This document shows, piece by piece, positions 47,704-56,684 of a stretch of 64,000 nucleotides of DNA (position 1 is the first letter of the stretch; each line of letters opens with the position of its first letter). The DNA comes from an uncultured delta proteobacterium. GTDB lineage: Bacteria > Desulfobacterota > Binatia > Binatales > Binataceae. Location of the stretch: the NCBI GenBank assembly GCA_963765675.1, contig CAVXXK010000015.1:32001-96000 (forward strand), written 5' to 3'. The notes below the pieces were generated by a model, which saw only the letters and a program-made list of their open reading frames with translations, made no database searches and had not been told where the DNA came from. Position numbers and translations under genes: made by a program.

Positions 47704-48804
47704 CTAGATGCTCAGATGATAGAGCTCGGACACGTTGTCGTGCAGGATGAAATTCTTCTCATCCTCGGAGAGCTTCGCCGTCTGCTTCTTCAGGATTTCC
47801 TGCGACCACGGCCAGGTCGAGTCGCTATGCGGGAAGTCGTTGGCCCACATCAGGCGCCGCACGTTGCACATCTTCGTCATCTGGAACGCGACCCAGTCAT
47901 CCTGAAATGTGACGTAGACATTTTCGCGAAAATACTCACTCGGCATTTTTGACAGAGTTCCCGCCGGCAGCCAGTAGCGATGCCGATCGTATGCGTGATC
48001 CATCCGGTACATGTAGTGCGGTACCCATCCGGCGTCCGCCTCGACGCATACCAGCTTCAGCTTCGGATGGCGCTCGAACACGCCGCTCAACACGAACGTA
48101 CCGATAATATCCTGGCATCCGCGGATGATCGCGAGAAAGCCGTTGAGACGCGGCCCGCGCGTCTGAAACATATTGTCGTTCCTGCTGGTCAGAATATGGA
48201 AACTCAGCGGCATCTCCAGGTCCACGGCGGCGCGATAAAAATCGTCGTACGCGGGACTGTCGTAGTCCTCGACCGCGGGATTCCCGGGCATCATCACGCC
48301 CTTGAATCCGAGATCCTTCATCCTGCGCAAATCCTCGATGCCTTCGGCTGGCGAGCGCATCGCGGTCTGTCCGACTCCGATCAGGCGATTCGGATGATGC
48401 CCGCAATACTCTGCCATCCAGAGGTTGTAAGCGTCGAAGCAGGCCTTCTTGTAATCGACGTCCGCATGATTGCACAGCAGCATTCCTACGGTGGGATAAA
48501 TGACCTCGGCGGAGACTCCATCGCGATCCTGATCGCCCAGGCGCGCTTCGGGATCCCATCCTCCCCGATGCATATCCTCGAACTTCACGCCGCCGACTGC
48601 GAGGTCCTTTGCGCTTTTACCGGCGGCTGCGAGCAGGCCCATCGGAATCGAGCGCTCCATGTCCTTGACCACGAACACGTCGCCCATTTTGTCGTCGCGA
48701 ACGACGTGCGGGGCGGTGTCCCTATACTTGTGGTCGATCCGATCGATGTAAGTATTGGGCGGCTCGGTGATATGCGAGTCTGCGGAGATGATTGGCTTTT
48801 GCAT
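47704..48804 (-). CDS. Amidohydrolase_2 family protein
   Basis: ISADSHITEP, D.DGV.AEVIYPT, LSFH, GVFERHP.LK...EA and WANDFPHSDSTWP motifs. Confidence 0.92.
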   Translation of the reverse strand: MQKPIISADSHITEPPNTYIDRIDHKYRDTAPHVVRDDKMGDVFVVKDMERSIPMGLLAAAGKSAKDLAVGGVKFEDMHRGGWDPEARLGDQDRDGVSAEVIYPTVGMLLCNHADVDYKKACFDAYNLWMAEYCGHHPNRLIGVGQTAMRSPAEGIEDLRRMKDLGFKGVMMPGNPAVEDYDSPAYDDFYRAAVDLEMPLSFHILTSRNDNMFQTRGPRLNGFLAIIRGCQDIIGTFVLSGVFERHPKLKLVCVEADAGWVPHYMYRMDHAYDRHRYWLPAGTLSKMPSEYFRENVYVTFQDDWVAFQMTKMCNVRRLMWANDFPHSDSTWPWSQEILKKQTAKLSEDEKNFILHDNVSELYHLSI

Positions 48805-48942
48805 CAGACGTACCTCGGATAATTCCGTGCGCGATGCGCTCTGGTCCTACCCTTATATCGAATCATTGAGGCGGCGTACATCAAACCGCGGTGACGCTCT
48901 CGCGTCGCCGGCAGCCGCATGGCAAAATGTTCGACTCGAACG

Positions 48943-49623
48943 ATGCAGGAATCAATCAAATACGCGTTCGATCGTACGGCTGAGACTTACGATCGCGCGC
49001 GGCGCAAACTCGTGCCCTGTTTCGACGAGTTCTATCGCGCCGCTATCGACACGATGCCGTTTGCGCGCGAGCGCGAAATCGACGTGCTCGATCTGGGGGC
49101 CGGCACCGGATTGCTCTCGGCGTTCGTCGCATTTTCCTACCCGCGCGCGCGAATCGTGATGGTCGATATTTCGGACGAGATGCTGGCGCAGGCGCGCGAT
49201 CGGTTCGCAGCCGGCGGCGCGCGTTTCAGCTTCGAGGTCGCGGACTACGGTCTGGGCCGGATTACCGGACGTTACGACGCGATCATTTCCGCGCTGTCGA
49301 TTCATCATCTTTCCGACGAGCAAAAACGCGCCGTGTATGCGCAGGCCTACGCCGCGCTGAACGACGGCGGCATCCTGATCAACGCCGACCAGGTGCGCGG
49401 CGAAACTCCCATGCTCGAAGCCCGCAATCACGCGATGTGGATTCGGCGCGCGCGCGAAATCGGCGCCTCGGAACCCGACCTCGCCGCTGCGCTCGAACGG
49501 ATGAAGTTCGACCGCACCGCGACCGTGTCCGAACAGCTCGGATGGCTGAGCGCGATCGGCTTTCGCGAAGTCGGAGTCGCTTATCGCAACCTGATCTTCG
49601 CGGTCTATTCCGGGATTAAATAG
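48943..49623 (+). CDS. Class I SAM-dependent methyltransferase
   Basis: VLDLGAGTG, VDISDEML, SALSIHHL and L.DGG..INAD motifs. Confidence 0.9.
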   Translation: MQESIKYAFDRTAETYDRARRKLVPCFDEFYRAAIDTMPFAREREIDVLDLGAGTGLLSAFVAFSYPRARIVMVDISDEMLAQARDRFAAGGARFSFEVADYGLGRITGRYDAIISALSIHHLSDEQKRAVYAQAYAALNDGGILINADQVRGETPMLEARNHAMWIRRAREIGASEPDLAAALERMKFDRTATVSEQLGWLSAIGFREVGVAYRNLIFAVYSGIK

Positions 49624-49633
49624 CCGCGTGCGG

Positions 49634-50002
49634 TCAGACCCGCGTGCGGATTTCCAGCAGATGCTGGTTGAGCTCGCGGAAGTACACGACTCGGCCGCCG
49701 AGCGAATTGCCGACTTGCATATCGTCGGATGAATGCGGCCCGCTGCCATACGCCAGCCCACCGACCTTGATCCGCCCAAAGATCGCGTCGAACTCTTCTT
49801 CGCCGACATGGAAGGCGTAATGATGCACTTCCCGCGGCTGCCATCGGTCGTCAAAGTCCATCGTGAAGGTTTCGTTCACTTTGACTGGCGCGAACGGACC
49901 CATCAGCCCGGTGTAGGACAGCCCGAACAGATCCGCAAAAAATTTCGCGGACGCCACCTTGTCTTTGGCCGGTACGATGGTGTGATTGAGGGTTATGCTC
50001 AT
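49634..50002 (-). CDS. VOC (glyoxalase/bleomycin resistance) family protein
   Basis: LNHTIVPA.DK..SA.F, HYAFHV...EFD and GGR.VYF...N.HLLEI motifs. Confidence 0.9.
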   Translation of the reverse strand: MSITLNHTIVPAKDKVASAKFFADLFGLSYTGLMGPFAPVKVNETFTMDFDDRWQPREVHHYAFHVGEEEFDAIFGRIKVGGLAYGSGPHSSDDMQVGNSLGGRVVYFRELNQHLLEIRTRV

Positions 50003-50055
50003 GGCGCACCTCCGTCAGAAATAAATATCTTACTCGGGCGGGTATGCGGCAATGT

Positions 50056-51810
50056 CTATTCCTCGAACAACCTGTCGCCGCGAAATAGCCGCTCGGCGAT
50101 TTGATATGTCTGCCCCTGCGCCCGCACCGTCGGCGAATGCGCGGCCAGATAACGCGCCGTCGAGAGCATCACGTTGGCGCCCGCGCCGCGCGGTAGCATC
50201 GAATACTGGCGCACCGCCGCTTCAAGATCCTGGATCGTGTGGAAATCGCGATCCTCGCGCAGCATCGCGTGGCCGATGGCCGCGATAAGCTTGCTGCCGT
50301 CACTCGACGCTGAGGCGAAATATTCCGCGACGATCGCCGCTGCCTCGTTCACCTGTTGCTGCAAGTTGAGCAGCGAAGGAAGCGCCTCGATAAGCTCGGC
50401 GGGCGCCCGCGATGCGCCGTTGCCGCGCGGAATCCGCGCGGCTGGAACATTCAGGAACCGATCGAGATAGACGCTCATCGCGGCATCGAATGCGCCGCGA
50501 ATCAGCTCGGCCGACGGTGCGCGCCGCAGCGCCTGATGTACAGCGTTCGAAAAGGTGTAGCTGTGATGCGCAGTGTCCCAGTCGCCGAATTCGTTACTGA
50601 TATGGAACCGCGCGATTCGCAGCGATGCCGCATAGGCCGCCGCACCGCCCAGGTCCGCCGGACTGCATCCTTCGCGCAGTGCCGCCAGCGTCGAGTCCGC
50701 GATCGCTTGCGGGTCGTCGCCCAGAATCACCTCGGCCAATGCCTCGCGCCCTGACCATGAGCCCTCGGCGCGGCGCTCGGTCGCGAGCGCATCATCGATA
50801 CCCTCGAACGCGTGCTCGACTATCGCGACCAGGTCGACGGGGCTGCGCCATGCATTGGCTTCTTCCATCCTGTCGGCCATCGCATAGCTGCGCGCCAAGC
50901 TCGCCAGGACCGCGTCCGCGCGATCCCATCCGGCGTGGTCGAGCGCCTCGAACGCTTTGTTGGTGAAATCGAGCACGTGGCCGCCGGTCAGGTAGCGATG
51001 GTCGGTTGCCGCCGCGAACATCATGTCGGCGATCTCGCGCGCGGGCACTCCTCCGCGCACCGCGCTGGTGATGCATCGTTCGGCGCCCTCGGCGTCTCGC
51101 ACTTCGACGAAACTCCTGAGCCATCCCTTGAGCGTCGCGGCGTTGGCGCTCTGCGCACCGGGCAGCGGACGCACCATGAAGCGCGGAGGATTTCCGTCGC
51201 AATCAGCGGCGACGCTGGAGAGTCCCTGGTACAACGCGCGTTGCCGATCCTGCGCGTCGAGCGACGGCAGCAGATTCATCATGCAGGTCAGCGTCGTCAG
51301 CCCTGCGCCCCATCCTTCCCGGCGATGCGCCACGCCAAAATCGAGTCCTGCGCGAAACGTCGCAAGCGAGCCGCCTTCGTCGCGCGCGGAAAGAGCGATG
51401 ACTGATTTCGCGATCACCAGCGGGATATCGCGTTCCAGTCCGTCGCCCAGGCGCGCGAGATAATGCCGGCGCAAATCGCGATGTTCGGCCAGATCGACCA
51501 TGACTTCTCCGGCTTCGACCTTCACCGGAAACGCACGCACGTCGTCAGCCCATTGGTCGAACGTGCCTCCGGTCGCGAGGTCGAAGCGCGCGTGATGCCA
51601 GTGGCAGGTCAGGATACAATCCTTCACCGTGCCGCGATCGAGCGGGAAGCCCATGTGCGGGCATCGGTTGTCCACCGCAAAGATTTTGCCCCCCGAATTG
51701 AATAGCGCGATCACGTTGCCCTCGAGCGTGATCGTGTGGCTTGCACCGTCGGGAAGTTCGGCAAGACTGGCAGCTCTCACGAAACGGGTTTGATTGGTGG
51801 CTGGTTCCAT
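50056..51810 (-). CDS. Rieske ferredoxin domain fused to an uncharacterised helical-repeat domain (about 470 aa)
   Basis: NRCPHMG and LTCHWHHARFDL Rieske boxes; C-terminal helical repeats with GGH, AHH and DFH; GGAGG RBS. Confidence 0.88.
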   Translation of the reverse strand: MEPATNQTRFVRAASLAELPDGASHTITLEGNVIALFNSGGKIFAVDNRCPHMGFPLDRGTVKDCILTCHWHHARFDLATGGTFDQWADDVRAFPVKVEAGEVMVDLAEHRDLRRHYLARLGDGLERDIPLVIAKSVIALSARDEGGSLATFRAGLDFGVAHRREGWGAGLTTLTCMMNLLPSLDAQDRQRALYQGLSSVAADCDGNPPRFMVRPLPGAQSANAATLKGWLRSFVEVRDAEGAERCITSAVRGGVPAREIADMMFAAATDHRYLTGGHVLDFTNKAFEALDHAGWDRADAVLASLARSYAMADRMEEANAWRSPVDLVAIVEHAFEGIDDALATERRAEGSWSGREALAEVILGDDPQAIADSTLAALREGCSPADLGGAAAYAASLRIARFHISNEFGDWDTAHHSYTFSNAVHQALRRAPSAELIRGAFDAAMSVYLDRFLNVPAARIPRGNGASRAPAELIEALPSLLNLQQQVNEAAAIVAEYFASASSDGSKLIAAIGHAMLREDRDFHTIQDLEAAVRQYSMLPRGAGANVMLSTARYLAAHSPTVRAQGQTYQIAERLFRGDRLFEE

Positions 51811-51868
51811 CGCGGTTTCCTCCCGCTGAGCAGCGTCCGACTAATTAGTAAAGTACCCTCTATCGTAA

Positions 51869-51893
51869 TTATGTCAAGTGATGTCTTGATTAA
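51869..51893. promoter_or_regulatory. Palindromic operator candidate between divergent genes
   Basis: TCAAG-TGATGT-CTTGA (CAAG-N6-CTTG) in an AT-rich 109-bp spacer. Confidence 0.55.
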
Positions 51894-51919
51894 AGATCCC
51901 GCTCCGGTAGGATCAGATA

Positions 51920-52573
51920 ATGCGTCCTACCACCAGCGAATCCGACACCCGCACCGGCGACCGAATCCTCTACATTCTGAAGACCAAGGGCCCCGAGACC
52001 GCCGCCGCGTTGGGGCGCCGCTTAAAGATTACCGCGATGGCGGTGCGGCAGCATCTGTATCGTTTCCGCGCGGGAGGCCTGGTCGACTACAGCGATGAAC
52101 GCCGCAGGGTAGGGCGGCCGGCGCGCATCTGGCGGATAACGGACCGCGCGGCCGATCGCTTTCCCGAAAGTCACGCCGAGTTGACGCTTGAGATGATCGG
52201 CGCGGTTCGCGCTGCCTTCGGAGAAGCCGGACTCGAGAAGCTGCTCGCCGAGCGCACGCGCCAGCAGCTAAAGGATTATCGCGCGCGGATGAGCAAGGCC
52301 GGCGCGTCGATCACCGATCGCGCCCGCGCACTGGCCGAGATTCGGAAAGCGCAAGGCTACATGGCCGAGTGCGCGCCGCGCGCCGACGGCACGATCCTGC
52401 TTGCTGAAAATCACTGTCCGATCTGTGTTGCCGCCGCCGAATGCCAGGGGCTGTGCCGCGAAGAGCTGTCGCTGTTCCGCACGCTGTTTGGCAAAAGCGC
52501 GACGGTCGAGCGCACCGACCACATTCTCGCCGGCGCGCGCCGCTGCGCCTACGTCATCACGCCCGCGAGCTGA
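51920..52573 (+). CDS. SufR-like HTH transcriptional regulator with C-terminal Cys cluster
   Basis: IL..LK..GP.TA..L...L.IT.MAVRQHL wHTH; GRP; GYMA; NHCPIC...CQGLC.EEL; RRCAY. Confidence 0.88.
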   Translation: MRPTTSESDTRTGDRILYILKTKGPETAAALGRRLKITAMAVRQHLYRFRAGGLVDYSDERRRVGRPARIWRITDRAADRFPESHAELTLEMIGAVRAAFGEAGLEKLLAERTRQQLKDYRARMSKAGASITDRARALAEIRKAQGYMAECAPRADGTILLAENHCPICVAAAECQGLCREELSLFRTLFGKSATVERTDHILAGARRCAYVITPAS

Positions 52574-52577
52574 TGCC

Positions 52578-53462
52578 TCACGGAGCTTCGGTCGAGAATG
52601 CGATCTTCGGATCCTCGCTCGCGAACGGATAGACGTGGATCATCCAGCCGAAAATCTGTGGATGAAAATTTCCGCCAACCGCGGCGCATTCCGCGGCGGT
52701 TGAGATCGTTCCAGCAAATCCAAAACGCGGATCAGCCATATATCCATAGCGCATACGCGCTGCCTCGCCATCGGAGAGGCCCCGTCCTTGCGGCCGATCG
52801 ATCGCCGAAGTGATGTCCGGCCGCATCCGCGCGCCAATGTTACCGTTCAGGACGTCCTGTTTAGTGATGCCCGCAGGCAGGCAGATATTGGTATGCGCAT
52901 GCCATCGTCCCACGCCGAGTGGGATCAGTTTGTCCAGTTGCTCGGGAGTGGAGTTCGGCGGCCCATCGTACATCGCACCGACCAGCTTCCATCCTCCAAA
53001 CGGCTCCTTTTCATATAGAAGCGAGCCCGGATGCGCGAGATCAAAGTTACCCAGGTACTCGCCCACCGTCAGGTTGCGATTGGCGAAGTGGTAAACATCT
53101 TGCGGCAGAGTCGGCTGGAACGGTTTGTATCCGTCGGCTTCCGCGACCTTGTAGTCCTTATACTTGGAGAGCTCGCGGCGCATCGTCGCGATGATCTCCT
53201 GCGCCCGCGCCTGGTCGGCAGGCGTTTCAGGACGCCGCTGCGTCATCGTCATATGAGCGCCCATCATCAGATGCCCGCCCATCGCGTCCATCGCTGAGGT
53301 TTGCGACGCTCCGGAGCTGATGGCCGTGCCGCCTCCGCTCATGTCCATCCCGTCCATTCCCTGGGCGATCGCCGGAGCCGCGGCGACAATCAGGATCAAC
53401 GCTGCGGCGATTGCGGAGCGAACCGCACCCGACAAATCCATCGTGATCGTTCGGAGCCCCAT
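52578..53462 (-). CDS. Secreted hypothetical protein with Met/His-rich N-terminus (putative metal-binding)
   Basis: GGAG RBS and signal peptide; MDGMDM..MDAMGGHLMMGAHMTM; YHF.N, P.SLLY, LVGAMY, WHAH and WMIHVY motifs. Confidence 0.75.
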   Translation of the reverse strand: MGLRTITMDLSGAVRSAIAAALILIVAAAPAIAQGMDGMDMSGGGTAISSGASQTSAMDAMGGHLMMGAHMTMTQRRPETPADQARAQEIIATMRRELSKYKDYKVAEADGYKPFQPTLPQDVYHFANRNLTVGEYLGNFDLAHPGSLLYEKEPFGGWKLVGAMYDGPPNSTPEQLDKLIPLGVGRWHAHTNICLPAGITKQDVLNGNIGARMRPDITSAIDRPQGRGLSDGEAARMRYGYMADPRFGFAGTISTAAECAAVGGNFHPQIFGWMIHVYPFASEDPKIAFSTEAP

Positions 53463-53589
53463 CTGATGCGCTCCAGGGACCTCGCAAAATCCGCAAAATG
53501 AGCCTTGGAATACCCTTCCACTGTTCCATAAGCGACACCGGCAGTTCAAATTCTTTCCCGCCGAGGGTCCGCGAGCACAACGTTCCACA

Positions 53590-53623
53590 CGTCCGGGCTT
53601 CGATTGGAATCGAAGCCCGGACG
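53590..53623. repeat. Perfect 16-bp inverted repeat
   Basis: CGTCCGGGCTTCGATT-GG-AATCGAAGCCCGGACG. Confidence 0.8.
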
Positions 53624-53703
53624 GGGAGCGTAAAAAAAGATGTGAATCTGAGCCCGCCGCTTCCGCCGGCGAGCGAGGTATTTGGCTGAGGTCGAGCCGC
53701 TTC

Positions 53704-54162
53704 TCAGCGCACGGCAGTACTCGGTTCTGGCGGTGACGATGTTGTTACCGATGGAACCTCGGCGTTTCCGCAGACTGCTCCGGAGATGCCGGTCAGAACA
53801 CTAGATGATAAAACGCTACTTTCACTGATCTGTGCGTCGTCAGAACCTGTTAGCGATGGAAGTGACAACGCGATTCCGTCAACTTCGGAGAAGCCCGTCG
53901 AGGTGCTGCTGGTAATTGATAGCGTGAGCTCCGTTCCATCGGTTGACGTACATCCCGTGCCGGTGGACGCGATCAGGGGCTCCTCCACGAAGCCAATCCA
54001 CACCTTGCACTTGCCTTTTTTGGGAACGGTGAATCCCTGCCCCAACAGAATATAACTCGGATTCGGAAATCCACCGATACAAAAGTTCTTTGCGCTGGCA
54101 AGTCCCGGCGCCAGAAACAGAATCGTAGCAACCCCCGCCATTACAACTCTCAGTCGAGACAT
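53704..54162 (-). CDS. Secreted hypothetical protein (Ser/Thr-rich, 4 Cys)
   Basis: AGGAGG RBS; signal MSRLRVVMAGVATILFLAPGLASA. Confidence 0.75.
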   Translation of the reverse strand: MSRLRVVMAGVATILFLAPGLASAKNFCIGGFPNPSYILLGQGFTVPKKGKCKVWIGFVEEPLIASTGTGCTSTDGTELTLSITSSTSTGFSEVDGIALSLPSLTGSDDAQISESSVLSSSVLTGISGAVCGNAEVPSVTTSSPPEPSTAVR

Positions 54163-54309
54163 ATCGTTTCCTCCTGTTTTTCGATCGTTTGGAGTGCCTT
54201 CTGCGCCGGTTGGATATTGGGTAAATTTACATCGTGTCGCAAGAGTCTACATTCTGTCATCAGAGTTAGCAGCAGCACTTTAGAGCCTAACGATTGACGC
54301 CAAAATGAT

Positions 54310-55485
54310 ATGGCGCAAATCTGCGCACGGATGGCGATGGTATATCGAGCCAAAAAACACGTATTCCGCACACTCTGCGGCGGCGCCGCGCTAGTCGTGA
54401 TTTCCACGATCGCTGGATGCGCGCTCGCGGCGTGGATGAGTCTGCCCGGACGCGCCGACTCGGCGGTGACTCAGTACGGAACTCCGTCGCGCGTACTCGC
54501 GCTTTCGCCGACGCCCAAAGGCGGCCCTCCGCTGACGACGAAAAAAATCGCGGAGGGAGTAAGCGTCGCAGCCAAGGCAGGAGTCACCGGCGATCAGCTT
54601 TTCAATCTCTGGAACGCGCTCGAACCCTCACCCGGCCAGATTAACGTCTCCAATCCCGCCGGCGGGATAAGCTACCTGGGCGGAACGCTCGGATGGACCT
54701 TGGAACTGACGATCGGAATACTCAATACCTCGGTGAACGTCGTCCCTTCGGATCTTCAGGGCGTTGCATTCGACGACCCGAGGATGATCGCGCGCTTTCA
54801 CGCGCTACTCGATCAGATCTTTCCAATCCTCAATTCGCACGTCGAGTATCTGTCGATCGGCAACGAGGTTGATGTCTATCTCGCCGCGCATCCCGACCAG
54901 TGGCCGCAGTACACTACTTTCTATGCCGACGCCGTCGCTTACGTTCACGCGCATGCGCCGGGCGTGAAGGTCGGAGTCGCGACAACCTGGAGCGGCACTA
55001 GTGGCGCGTCGAAGACCGCGGTCGCGGCGCTAAACGCCTCGAGCGATGTCTGGATCATCACCTACTATCCGCTCGGAGGCGATTTCATAGTCGATTCGCC
55101 CAGCGCGCCGCTCTCCGACTTCCCCGCGATGGTCAATCTCGCGGATGGGAAGGCCGTCGTCCTGCAAGAGGTTGGCTATCCAACTTCGCATAAGCTGAAA
55201 AGCTCGGACACGATGCAGGCAGAGTTCGTGCGCAACGTTTTCACCGCGTGGCAGGCCCAGGGGGATCGCATCCCATTTCTCAGCTACGTGATGGAGCACG
55301 ATCTCAATCGCAAGTACTGCGACGAGCAATCCGCTTACTACGGCGTCTCCGATCCCGACGGGCACTTCAGCGATTATTTTTGCACGCTCGGCTTGTTGAC
55401 GGTTGAGGGCGAGCAAAAACCGGGATGGAAAATCTTTGTCGATCAGGCGGCCGCCCTTACCGGAGCATCCGCCACTGCCGATTAG
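54310..55485 (+). CDS. Secreted clan GH-A-like glycoside hydrolase (TIM barrel)
   Basis: WNALEPSPG, SIGNEVD (acid/base), TYYP, LQEVGYP (nucleophile), QAEFV and GL....K.GW motifs; start uncertain. Confidence 0.75.
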   Translation: MAQICARMAMVYRAKKHVFRTLCGGAALVVISTIAGCALAAWMSLPGRADSAVTQYGTPSRVLALSPTPKGGPPLTTKKIAEGVSVAAKAGVTGDQLFNLWNALEPSPGQINVSNPAGGISYLGGTLGWTLELTIGILNTSVNVVPSDLQGVAFDDPRMIARFHALLDQIFPILNSHVEYLSIGNEVDVYLAAHPDQWPQYTTFYADAVAYVHAHAPGVKVGVATTWSGTSGASKTAVAALNASSDVWIITYYPLGGDFIVDSPSAPLSDFPAMVNLADGKAVVLQEVGYPTSHKLKSSDTMQAEFVRNVFTAWQAQGDRIPFLSYVMEHDLNRKYCDEQSAYYGVSDPDGHFSDYFCTLGLLTVEGEQKPGWKIFVDQAAALTGASATAD

Positions 55486-55549
55486 GACCGCCGACGCCCT
55501 GAACGATCGGTTTGTCCATTGCCCCGCGTCTCGGCTACCTTGGGACGCG

Positions 55550-55999
55550 ATGAGTACGGCCCGCGAGCATCCGAGCGCCACTGACGAGCGCGCCTCCGCG
55601 CCACCCGCACGAAAGCGCGAAGTCCAAGTCGCAAGTATCGCCGGAACGCTGCAGACCGAGGTCACCGCGGCATCCACGTCATGGAGCCTAGACGCTGAGG
55701 GCGCCGCCGGCGCCGATCCGGTCACCGCGTTTCTGGGCGCACTCGGCGGATGCCTGCTGATGTCGCTCAGAATTGCGGCGCGCGTGCGCAACGCGGAACT
55801 TGGCAGAGCGGCCGTCCGGCTCGGTGCAAATGAAAAGGGCCACGTCAAGGAAATTAAAGTGGAACTTGAAGTTCAAACCGCGCTCGACGACGAGCGCCTG
55901 GCGCGCCTGGTGGAAGTCGCCGAGCGCGGATGCCATATAAAGGCGATGCTTCGCGAGGAGATCGCCTTCAGCCTGAGCGTGCGCCGAAGCGCCGCCTGA
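55550..55999 (+). CDS. OsmC family protein
   Basis: DP....LGALGGC and VAERGCHIKAML two-Cys pattern. Confidence 0.8.
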   Translation: MSTAREHPSATDERASAPPARKREVQVASIAGTLQTEVTAASTSWSLDAEGAAGADPVTAFLGALGGCLLMSLRIAARVRNAELGRAAVRLGANEKGHVKEIKVELEVQTALDDERLARLVEVAERGCHIKAMLREEIAFSLSVRRSAA

Positions 56000-56018
56000 A
56001 CCCGGAGATCGAATCGAC

Positions 56019-56663
56019 ATGGCCGATATCAACCTCTATCAATACCCCATCTCGCCCTTCACCGAGAAAGTCCGCCGCGTGCTCACCTACAAAGGGCTTG
56101 GCTGGAACCCGATCGATTGCCACTACGAGGACAAAACCAACCTGCTCGCGATCACCGGCGGCAAATGGACCCGCGTGCCGGTCGCGGAGTGGAACGGCGA
56201 AGTGGTCTGGAACTCCGCCGACATTATCAAATGGATCGACGCCAAGGTTCCCGCGCATCGCGTGATTCCCGAGGGCGCGCTGGGATTGTGCGAAATAATC
56301 GATCACTTCGCCGACAACACTCTGTTCGTGCCGATCCTGACGCTGACGATTCCCGACCTGCTCGATGCGGCCGGCGATCCGAAGCTCAAGGCCAATCGCG
56401 AAAAGCTTATCGGCATGAGCACCGCGAAGATGCGCGAGGGTTCGGCGCCTGCGCGCGAGGCGCTGGCCGGATTCGCGCGGATGATCGACCATCAACTGGC
56501 GGGCAAGGATTATTTCCTGGGCGCGTCATTCACGATGGCGGATGCGTCGCTGTACCATCCGTTCTTTTTCCTGGCCCTCATTCCGGCGAATTTCGCGTTG
56601 GTGAAAGATTTCAAAAACCTGATGCGCTGGTACGAGCGTGTCCGCGATCTCAAGCACGCCTGA
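56019..56663 (+). CDS. Glutathione S-transferase family protein
   Basis: ISPFTEKVR..L.YKG, RVPV, NS..I, YFLG..FTMAD and L.RWY.R motifs. Confidence 0.9.
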   Translation: MADINLYQYPISPFTEKVRRVLTYKGLGWNPIDCHYEDKTNLLAITGGKWTRVPVAEWNGEVVWNSADIIKWIDAKVPAHRVIPEGALGLCEIIDHFADNTLFVPILTLTIPDLLDAAGDPKLKANREKLIGMSTAKMREGSAPAREALAGFARMIDHQLAGKDYFLGASFTMADASLYHPFFFLALIPANFALVKDFKNLMRWYERVRDLKHA

Positions 56664-56684
56664 TTTCACACGGAGGATTCCACG

